Below are positions 53,901 through 64,000 of a DNA stretch of 64,000 bases, one piece after another. The stretch spans positions 58,034,001 to 58,098,000 of the forward strand of contig NC_087436.1 of the NCBI RefSeq assembly GCF_036321535.1. Direction: 5' to 3'. Position numbers and translations under genes: made by a program. The notes below the pieces were generated by a model, which worked only from the letters and a program-made list of their open reading frames with translations, searched no databases and was not told the DNA's origin. The stretch comes from Camelus dromedarius. Lineage: Eukaryota. Each line of letters opens with the position of its first letter. Position 1 is the first letter of the stretch.

Positions 53901-55628
53901 ATGGTTATCACTGTCATCATTACCTTTTTCTTCATAATAGTCATTTATTACAGTATTACTTAATTTGTGCTGAAATACTTTGAACTGAAATGTATTTAGA
54001 CTCGTCTTTTTGAGAACTGTTGCTCTGTCTTATTTTTTCACTTTTACGGAAAGCAATGAAAACCATGTTTATATATTTCTAGTATTCATAACCAAACCTA
54101 TTTCTAGGGCTGTCATTCTACTGTTCTTTCAATTAAGTCACAGATGTTTACACACACTCTGAGTCTGTCCTACAGTTGGTCTTCATTTATTTTATTTTTC
54201 TTTTGTTATTTCAAATTATTATGATCAGGAATGTAATCATTGCAATGTGAATATATTCATACTTGAGATTTGCTATTTCCAACTCACTGATAATATGACA
54301 GTAAGTTTTCTAAGATCATTTCTACTATTTTGGATTTAAATATCTTTGCTATACATCATTAAGAAGGTTACTTTTGAGAAGATTAAAGTAATTACTTAGC
54401 CCATTTCCACTCCAAGTGCTTCCTATCAAATGTCAAATGTCTATTTTGGTTGGCTATTGTGAAAGTATTTTCTAAAGCCAAACAAGTGCTACATTCTCTC
54501 TTTACAGGGAGATTTCAGTACATTTCTCTCATCTAGGTTTTTCTATTTTAGGTTCCTGATGCCTATTTCTTAATAAAGTGACTTTTTCATAAACTCTCAT
54601 GTAATTATGAAACATGTTTGTATGTTCTACATTTCTTTACTATAAATTGAATAAAATACATAGGATGTTCATTTTGTCTTAGATCAACTGAAAAAAACAT
54701 TATTCAGTACAGAATGTAGCACCTGCAAGTCGTAAGTACATGTCACCAAAATAAATTATGATGAATTGTGTGAGACTCTGGCTCAAAATTTATCAGGTTA
54801 ATATTATGGTACTCTGGTGCAGCAGATGCTGGCATTGGTGTATAAATTATTTGGGGATCATAAAATGGTCACCTTTTATTAAAATTAGTTCTGACCTGAG
54901 ATCAAAATTTCAGACCAGAACAGCTGTGTTGATAAATATTTAATTAAATATCAACTGTACATTAACTTCCACAGTTTAACATCCATCAGATCTTTTTTTT
55001 AATCAGAATTTGAAATCCTTGAGAAAGTCTAATTTATATATTAGGCTATTACAGTGAAGGAGTCACAATAGGATTCATACAGCCTGCATTGTCCTCATGT
55101 CCTTCTCATTCTCTTTTGTGTGATACTTTATATGTATGTACACACATATGTATATACATACATGAATATATACATTTATCCATACATAATATGTATATAT
55201 ACACACATATAAACAAACATGTAAAATAGCAATGGGAATATTAAATACACTTTAAGCTAATTGTTTATAAATTGAAGTAGAGACAAATGCTATATTTAAT
55301 AATGTTATTATTCAAGAGTAAATGCATAATAGTCAGATGTTAACTGTGAGACTTTCTCTATATAAATCAGTTACACTTTTTCTCTATAAATATCCTTCTA
55401 ATTCCCAAATAGAGTGAATGCCTTATATGTTCCTTGTGACCTTTAGGGCGTTTCACCACTATACTGCTTATCACATTATGGCTACAATTTGTCATTTTAC
55501 TTTTTTATACCTCCCACAGATTTTGAGTACCTCTGAAATAGAGACGATGACCTAAGCCATTACCTAAAACAATTATTTTTATTTCTGGTGTTGTCTATAT
55601 ATTGGATTATCCAGCTTAATAAATGCTA

Positions 55629-56182
55629 TGATAGGCAACATCAAGATGACTCCCAATGATCCTGGTTTCTGTTTGTGTAATGCCCTCTCCTCAAGTGAGG
55701 GCTGGATCCAGTGACTTGCTTCTAATAAATGGAATATAGCAGAAGTAACAGGCTGCCACTTCTGAGATTAGGTTATAGAAGACTCTGGCTCCTGTCTTGC
55801 TTGCTCTTTCTTGCTGTCTCACTTGCTAGCTCTGATGGAATCCAGTTGCTATTCTGTAAACTGCCCCATGGAGAGGCCCTTATTGGACCTTAGCCACCAG
55901 TCAGCAAGACCTGAAGCTTTTAGTTCAACAGTCTATGAGGAAACAAACCTGTCCACAACCACTGGAGTGAACTTGGAAGTATATCCTTTCCCAGTGGAGC
56001 CTTGGGATGACTGTAACCCTCACTGACACCTTGGATTGTAACTTTGTAACAAACCCAGAGCCAGAGGAACCCAGTTAAGCCCCTCTTGATACCTGACCCA
56101 CAAAAACTGTGAGAGAATAAATGTTGTTTTAAGTGGCTGCTTTTTGCAGTAACATGTTACACAGCCATGGATAACCAATACA
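55629..56182 (+). mobile_element. MaLR LTR (MLT1E/F-like)
   Basis: gtgacttgcttctaataaatggaatatagcagaagt...gataaccaataca. Confidence 0.85.
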
Positions 56183-57294
56183 AATAATTACTGAATAAAT
56201 GAATTGATTTGCCAATTAATGTAAAATTTTAAGTCTGTAACACAATATGCACTCCAGAACAAATGTCAATCACAGAAGAATCTTAATCATCACATGACAA
56301 AGCACAAATCATAAGGTTTATGTGACATAAGCAGATATAAAATAAATATTGCCTTCTCTTACAACAATCTTTCTCAGTACTTCAGAGTATTTGGATTTTA
56401 AGTTTCAATGAAAGGGAATTGGAATTCTCCAAGTTCTAGAAGTATATTTTTGTCTTAATTTTTGGAAAAAACATTCATAGTGAAGTCTAAATGCAATAAT
56501 TAATAAACATGCATACACATACATATACACATATATGTTATATATACACATATGCAAAATAGCAATAGGATTTATTATTAACAACAGTTGTGGAGTGATG
56601 AGAACCTGTGTTATGGCAGTTTCACTGAGTGCACATAATAAAGACTAGACTATAATTTCTCAGTGAAGACACTATATGCAGAGTTATCCTCAGGTCTTGT
56701 GCTATGACTATTAACACTGACTATGCCTTTTCTAATAATGAGAAATTTCAAGCCTTAGGTCATTTTCTATTACGAAAAAACTTGAACAAATCATAGTATC
56801 TGAGAGATTCAGATTCCTTATTTATAAAACTAATATAATAATACTCTCCGTTTAGAACCAAGAAAGCTGGCACACAGTGATTACTGTTAAATAAATCAAT
56901 TCTAAATAGACTTGAAAATATCTTTGCAAAGTCTTCATTCTTTGTAGAGTTTATTTTGAAGCTTTACTTAGGTAAACTTTGATCAAGGGCATACATTATT
57001 TTCTGACTAACAGCTGGAAGATCTCAGGTTCTAGGGCTAAATTCACGACCCCCCCACCCAAAAAAAAAAAAAAGAAAAGGAAGTAAAGAAAAAAAGAACC
57101 CTATACCACTCAAACTTTCTGTCAATTCACCAAGTCCCCCAAATTTTCTATAAACTTTAAACTATATTAAACAGTGAATCCTTGAAGACAGGGACTCTAT
57201 CTTTGTATTTCTATCTTATCTATAAGGATTTTAGACATGCAGATTATTTTACTTTTATAAAGTATTCATGGTATTTAGCTCTGCTCTATTATTT

Positions 57295-58225
57295 TCTTTT
57301 AAAGTTTTTATTTTGAAATAATGTTAGGCACAGAAAAATTCCAGATATAGTACAGAGAATTCACATATAATCCTCATTCAACTCCCCTTAATGTTAACTC
57401 ATATAATCTTAGCACATACATATGTTATGGGAATATGGAAATCACTATGGAAATCAGGAAATTAACACTGGCACAACACTGTTAAAGCAGTTTTCAAGGG
57501 ATGAGAAGTGGAAGCCCTGATATGCCGCATTTGCCAATTTCCTTGTGTTCTCTCTTCCACCATGGCCAAATTTCCTACCAATACAACTTTACTAAGCATG
57601 AACTTGCACAAAATCAGCTCAAGCCAGCTGGCTCAAGCCAGCCCCAGCACACTACTGTTATTAGCTAAAGTACAGATTTTATTTGAATTTCACTTATTTT
57701 TTACCAAACACCCTATTCCTGTTCGGACATCCAATCCAGGATCCCACATTACACTTTGTTTTGGATTTCCTTAGTCTCCTCTAATCTGTGACAATTCCTC
57801 AGATTCCTCTTTCTTTTCATGATCTTGACAGTTTATAAGTAGTGGTCACTGAATCTATTTCAATTTTAGCTTCTCACAATTAGATTGAGATGACGTGGAT
57901 TTGACAAGAAAATACCACAAAAGTGATATTGTGTTCTCAAGGGTATATAATATCAATATGTTTTATTACTGATGGTATTAACCTGGACCACCTGTTTCTC
58001 AGGTTTTTCCACTGTGACATTATTAGTCTCCCTTTCCACACGATAAATATCTGGAGAGGGCGGATAATTTGAGGCTCTGCTGCTATCTTGCTATCCTGAT
58101 TCTTCTCAAAGGTGGCGCAATAATGTTAGCATCCATTAGGAGCTCTTAACCTGCAACAATTATTATACAGTGGTGTATGCTAATGATAATACTTTATTTT
58201 TCTACTTTCTTCTACATTCATTTCA
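57295..58225 (-). mobile_element. L1MC4-like 3' region
   Basis: ttattttgaaataat...tagtacagagaattc...ccaatccaggatcccacatt...ccttagtctcctctaatctgtgac. Confidence 0.8.
57488..57657 (-). mobile_element. MER63-like element nested in L1MC
   Basis: aagccctgat...gcatttgccaatttcc...ccaccatggcc...ccagcacactactg interrupts the L1 text. Confidence 0.7.
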
Positions 58226-59240
58226 GTTACAACTTCTTAACATTGAAATATTCTTCTGTTTAATGTCTACATAGATGAATTAAGTAGAAATGAATCAAGT
58301 CTTGTTCCCTCTTGAAACTCATACTGGCCAATTAGTCTCTGTACTAGAAGGACACAGTAAAAAAGGAGTAGAAAGGCTTTTCCATTAGAGTTCTGCTTAT
58401 GTTAATGATAAGAGAAACAGAAATCAAAACTGGATTTGAAGAATAATGACCTGCAGTGGAGTAGACTGGAGTTATCTTTCAATAACTCAACATGTGACTT
58501 TGGGCAAGGAATATAACCTCTTTGAGTTTGTTTTTTCATGCAAAATAAGAAACTTCAATTATGACTGATAAGGTCTCTTTCCATTCAATGCAGGTGTTGT
58601 GAGTTTTTTTCATAATGAACCAAAATTTAGTGTGATAATTTACACTTCACGATAAGCCAAACATACACATATAAACAGTGTTACCCATCCATTTCTCTCA
58701 TATGTGCTTGTTTCCTTTCTGAATCACTGGAAATTCATACTGTTCCTCTAGTACATTGTTTTTCAGCCACCATAGCACAATTAATAATTATTACTTGAGT
58801 GTACAGATCTCTATCTGGTTAATTGCTTATCTCAGTACCCAGAAAGACAGGCATAAAGTACACCACACACATATATAAATTAAGGATATATATATGTAAG
58901 TATATTTGTGTAGCTCCTTAATATCTTGACTTATTTGCTGAATTAATACCCCAAATAGACCTTTATGAGACTCTCCACTGAAAGTATTTTCTTTCTTATT
59001 AATATAAATAGTATTTTCCCTAGGGTCTCTTACTTTTGGGCGTGTCAAATTTCATCTTGATATTGGCATGGATTATAAATATAATCTTTTCCTCTTCAGA
59101 TACTTTTCCTGTGAGGATAACAGATTTGAAAATTGGGGCTTATATATGACATTTAATCCATAGTCCATCAACACTGATCAATGCAAACCAGATTCAGGAA
59201 AGTGATCCATGTCTCCAAGCAAATATAAAAATCAATTTAC

Positions 59241-59582
59241 CTGCTTCATCAATGCATGCCTTGGCTGTGCTACATCTTTACTTTTCTCTCACTCTTTGAA
59301 AGCTGCTCATCAATTATCTGCATGAAAATGTAAGGATTAAGCAGATTGTGATTTGAGCTGCTTTGATGAAAACACATTATGGATGCTTTCCTTTTCAGAT
59401 GTAGAAACTGTCACAAAAATAATCTATGATAATATTTCAGTCAACTTCTGTAATTGATGTCTAATTTCTATAGGAAGTTCAAACTCTGTAAATATGACAT
59501 GGTTGACTGACAACATCTGACTCACTCACGAGTGGAGTATTTTATCAAATTATGTTGGAATGTTGCAGTTCAGCTTTGGATA
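59241..59582 (-). pseudogene. Pseudo-exon, weakly TIR-like; may extend upstream to ~60400
   Basis: ctttttag| acceptor and CAG|gtaaat donor, 342 nt. Fragments EFELPIEIRHQLQKL, FIKAAQITICL and STAKACIDEA lie in different frames. 7 stops in the phase-0 frame, so the frame evidence is weak. Confidence 0.35.
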
Positions 59583-62500
59583 CTAAAAAGAGTTATATGT
59601 TAACCCACTGGTGGAAAAAAGTCTTCAAGAAACATTGCTTTTATTAACCTTAAAAATATAAATAAGACAAGTAAATCTCTTTCCAGTCATGGGTTATACT
59701 TTCAGGAAAAAAAGAGGAGGAGAGTAAAAGGATGAATGCAGATCAAGAAGATCATATAAAATGATAAAGAAGATAATTTTCCCCTTTTTGGATTAAATCA
59801 TCCCTTCTTGCTTGCAAGACTATATTTGATTAGAAAATGAGAAATCTTCATAAGCAATCATGTACTATATATTCATAAAAAGCTTTTTGATGATTCTCAA
59901 TACAAAAATATTAATAAAACATACCAAATAATGTAAATGCATCATGAGGCTACCTTTACAAAATCAAAACTAAGTGGAGTACTACTTTGAATTTCCTTTA
60001 TCACATCAAAGTATCCATGTCAACATGGCTCTATTTTGCATGCTAAATAAATCACTTAATTAAATTCATATACTCCACTCCATGGACTCCTGGATAAAAC
60101 TTGAAACCACCTTTACTTTTCACTGTTGGGAGATTTCCCTTCCTATCTCTGAGATGTTTTGCTTCCCACTCCCAGAGATGAAGCAGGCTGACCCAGAGCG
60201 TCCATTTCCTGCAACTTAGAATACTTGCTTCTTCTCTGTTTTGAGGTGTTCAGAAGAAGATGTACACTTTAACCTTTTGCATCCCTAGAAGATTAATGAG
60301 TCTTACTAGAGAGTCTTGATGAGTCTTTGTTAAATTGAAAGTCTGAGATTATCTGTAGCCTTGATATATGGCTCTCCTTAACACCTATTATTACTTTATT
60401 TCTCTATGCAACATGTTAGCCAAAGAATTATACTATAGCAAATTTTAAATAAAGGGAATCCGAATGATTATGGAGGCAATATGGAGAACTGAATGAATAA
60501 AGAAAATGTAAAAGCAGGCAGAAGACTATTGTAAAAATTCAAGTGACAGATGATAACAAACTGAAATAAGGCACTGAGGATGAGAATGACAAGAGGAGAG
60601 CAGAAGAACCTGGATTTGGGAACACATCAGATGTGGATGTTAATGAAATGGGAGGGTCAAGAATGATTTTGATGCTTTTAGTCCTTAGGTTATTCAACTG
60701 AGTTCACATAATTTTTCAATCACTCACATAATATGGTAACTGTTAAAATTAAATACTCATAGATTAATTTGAGCTCACCTCAACTTTTTCAATCTAAATC
60801 GTTATAAGAGATTGATACATAATCTTCATACTACTACATTTATAGAACTGGGAGTAGTATACACTTTGCAATATCAGACGTTTATCACTAATGTTAACAG
60901 CTGATGTTACTGTGGAGAACCAGAACTTGAGACCATCTAGTTTGGGAATTAGCCACATCCTTTTTTCTCCCTCTCATTTTGACCATTTCACAGTTCATTA
61001 TCACATCCAACAGAGGGAAGGAATGACAGGAGAGTAAAAATGAGACTCCTACTTATCACAGAGAGGTGTTGATTCCTATGTCACCTTTTTTAACAGTACT
61101 TTACATTCTGAGGATACTTTTTTTGTGAAAACTGAAATAAACTAAACTTTCCCAACATCAGCATTGTCTGAGCTAGGCAAAGACAGCAATCTTTACTTCC
61201 ACCCTGCAAAATTCAAACCATTTACAGTTGCTGATCTGCATAGATGTGAGTTTTCACAGTTAAACAAAGGTTTAAAGTGTGAATAATTAAAAAAATTCAT
61301 TTTATTATTAGTCAATACATTATATTGATTATCTGTGTTTTTAGAGAATATATTCCCAAGAGTTTCCTGAATTATTAAGACCATGACTCTCCAGAACTCT
61401 TGGCAATCATCATATGCATTTATATACCAAAAGCAACAGTAATTATTCCTGTAAATCTAGCTTCAGCTCACTTTATATTATTTGTTGCTGATGCAGACAC
61501 TGAGATATTTTTAATCCATAAAGATAAAACACAGAAAGGTCTTGGGAATGAGGGTTAGTTGTAGACTTAATCTTTCTGCCCTTGATTAAAACTTCTGAAC
61601 TATTGATTCTTTCTATACATATAAACAGACTACATCTAATAAAAATTCCAAGAATTACTCAAATACACAATGGACCCTAGTGTTACAATGAAATAATTAT
61701 CAATGATACATAGATACTAACTTGGATTTATGTGAGACTCAGTGGTTATGAGATTACAAGGTGTCTTCATCAATGACTTGGGCTGTAACTTTCATTTTAT
61801 GAAAAATGGACTAAATGATTATTATACCATTGGTATTGTCAGTAACTTAGGCCATGTACATACACACATGCTCAGACAAAACGACCAAAAAACCCTTGCT
61901 AATTTATAATTGCTCACCTGAAGGATTAAGAAAATGATGCTAAAACTAAAGAAATAATTGAGTTTTGAATATCATTGAGACATTGGTAATGGTAATGGTA
62001 AATCTTAGAATCAGACAGGCAGGAAGTACATTTTGTTTTAATTACACCTGAGTAATTTACTTGACCTCTCTGAAATTCAGCTTTAACATAGAGATAAAGA
62101 TACTTATCTTGGAGACATTGTGAAAAGTAAGTGAAACAGGTGGGAACAGTGTCTTGCTTGTTTAAAGCAAATAATACATACTGGATAACTACCTACATAT
62201 TTTGGGATAACTGACTACATATTTCAATTATTTGCCATTCTTTAATAATGCTTTGATTAAATTTATATTATGTTCGAAATAATTAACTCTTTTCTAATCG
62301 CACATAATTCTGATACTTTCAGTGCTTATACCATTGATATAATATGTATGAAGAGTAAGATTTTATTTTTCTAGGAGTTTGAAGTTGTTTTGCACATTCG
62401 TGGTATTAGGAAAAACAAAGCAAATAAAAAAATCTCACTTGTAAAAACTAGTTCTGACTCCTAAAGAGGCTGTTTGATAATGCAAATCTCTCCTACATGA

Positions 62501-63069
62501 CAACAAATACATAGTTGGTGCATATTATAGGAGTTTAATTTTTTTTCATTTTTTTCAATATAATTCAACTGGAAAGAGGAAGGTGTCTAAATGTTGCTTC
62601 TGTTGCCTAAGCACTGCATGATTTTAAAGCGAAAAAACATGATCTCTATAATAATAAAAATTACCTTCAGTGCTTTTCTAGAGCAACAGTATTGTACCAA
62701 TTAACTATATATAATTTAAAACTATTTATTAAAGACTTTCTGAACCCCTACTAAGTGCAAATACTTAGTTGACATAAGTATGTGCACATACCATTTAAAA
62801 TTTTTATAGAGTTACTATTTTCTCCAGCCCTATCTAAATATATCAAGAGCCTACAAAAAATGTTAAATAAAACGTAAAAATGAAATAGTCAAAAAAAAAT
62901 TGGGTTCTAGATGTTATCACAAAAGTATTGTAATTAACATGCTCAGAAAATCATATTTTTATCAAGGTCAACATAATATATTTAAGGTAAAAATTAGTAT
63001 GGAAGTAACACATAAACTAAGAAAATCACAATCTCAACAAACAAATACAGATTACTGCTGAGACAAAGC

Positions 63070-63500
63070 TCTTTTAAATTACACTGTTGTGATAAAGCAG
63101 ATTAAATCCAGAAACAGGATGCTGCCTGCTAGCATTCCTGCTGACCACTTTAAGTATTGTATATGGGACTAAATTTTGTAGGCATTCTGGCAATGGCTTC
63201 TTACAAGTACCAGCTGAGCTAAATTTGCTAAATGCAAATCTCTCTAGGTAACAAAATGCAGAAGCAATGTGAGCTGGCTTGTGCTTGCACTAATTTCAAA
63301 GTATGGTACATGAACCCTTGTAGTGGAAAATGCAGAACTATGGTTTGCAAGTTGGGTTCACACTTGATATTAACCTTTCTGTGCATCATTGTGGGATTTG
63401 CAGTTTTTGAATTTCAGTCTGAATTACATAGTAAATGAGGTTGGACATGTCATTACTCAATGGCACAGTCACACTTCGCTTTTTGCACCCAGCAACAAGA
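63070..63500 (-). pseudogene. TIR-like pseudo-exon segment
   Basis: Minus frames give VQAQASSHCFCILLP, KKPLPECLQN and WSAGMLAGSILFLDL (63147-63103), resembling TIR_2 betaC, betaD and alphaD-betaE. Boundaries unclear. Confidence 0.4.
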
Positions 63501-63504
63501 TATA

Positions 63505-63670
63505 CAGCAGCATTTTTCAAACTTCAGCATGCATACAAATTACCTGGGGATCTTGTTAAAAAGCAAATTTTGATTCACAGGTCTGGAAAGGGCCTGGGAT
63601 TCTGCATGTCTAACAATATACTTGGTGATATCTTTGCCGTGGTCTAGGGTCTTTGCTTTGTGTATCATTA
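63505..63670. mobile_element. MER5A-like hAT MITE
   Basis: tcaaacttcagcatgcat...acctggggatcttgttaaaa...gattctgcatgtctaacaa. Confidence 0.8.
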
Positions 63671-63677
63671 AGTATAG

Positions 63678-63989
63678 AACAACACTGTCCAAGGAAATAT
63701 AATGGGAACCACATATATTATTTAACATTTTCTAATATCCATTTAAACTATATTTTTCAAAGATGCAAGTAATTTTAGTAATTTGTTTTATTAGAATAAA
63801 TATATCTAAAAGGTTATCATTTCAGCCATATAATCAATATACCACTGATAATGAGATGTTTTACATTCTTTTGTTAATACTATTCAAATCTGATGTATTT
63901 TATACTTTGGGCACATCACAATTTGTAATGGCCACATTTCAAATGCTCTATAGCTACATGTGGCTAGCAGCTATCACGATGGACACAGG
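63678..63989. mobile_element. MER33-like hAT MITE
   Basis: cactgtcca...ccacatttcaaatgctctatagctacatgtggctag...ggaca. Confidence 0.8.
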
Positions 63990-64000
63990 TAAAAAGTAAT

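Larger units (their letters stand above)
3440..63500 (-). pseudogene. Candidate decayed multi-exon (unprocessed) pseudogene with several TIR-like domains followed by a hydrophobic multi-TM region
   Basis: More than 10 non-repeat segments, all on the minus strand and most with AG/GT boundaries. TIR strand/helix motifs recur in the expected order within segments. Many in-frame stops and frameshifts. Manual reading only; may be two adjacent pseudogenes. Confidence 0.55.

Noticed and set aside
59241..59582. Stop-codon recoding or RNA editing to rescue phase-preserving exons
   Set aside because: Stop density is about random here and motifs fall in different frames; neutral decay is simpler.
1..64000. 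ORF-track entries as intact genes
   Set aside because: All are 136 aa or shorter, many lie in L2/LTR/MER repeats or microsatellites, and none matches a protein I recognise. Only a few minus-strand ones coincide with the proposed pseudo-exons.

Overview
AT-rich, CpG-poor mammalian genomic DNA, probably camelid (inferred from a Vic-1-type tRNA-derived SINE and the style of the young L1 3' ends). I find no intact protein-coding gene, rRNA, tRNA or CRISPR array. Much of the window is interspersed repeat (L1, HAL1, L2, MIR, MaLR/ERV LTRs, hAT/Tigger MERs) and microsatellite. The main observation: many unique segments between the repeats, all read on the minus strand and most flanked by GT-AG splice signals, look like decayed exons of one large unprocessed pseudogene spanning about 63.5 kb down to 3.4 kb. 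The 5' segments repeatedly give TIR-domain (TIR_2/SEFIR-like) motifs, e.g. FISYSW, YVISYAH, FVQQLVELVIDDGENVWVD...AGCIIV...AALCRKEKIIGV and WSAGMLAGSILFLDL. The 3' segments give hydrophobic, transmembrane-like stretches. This suggests a lost multi-TIR, possibly multi-TM, gene. The call rests on manual translation and remembered domain consensus across stops and frameshifts and needs HMM/tBLASTn confirmation. Repeat family names are from recalled consensus, and repeat boundaries are approximate unless a TSD is given.
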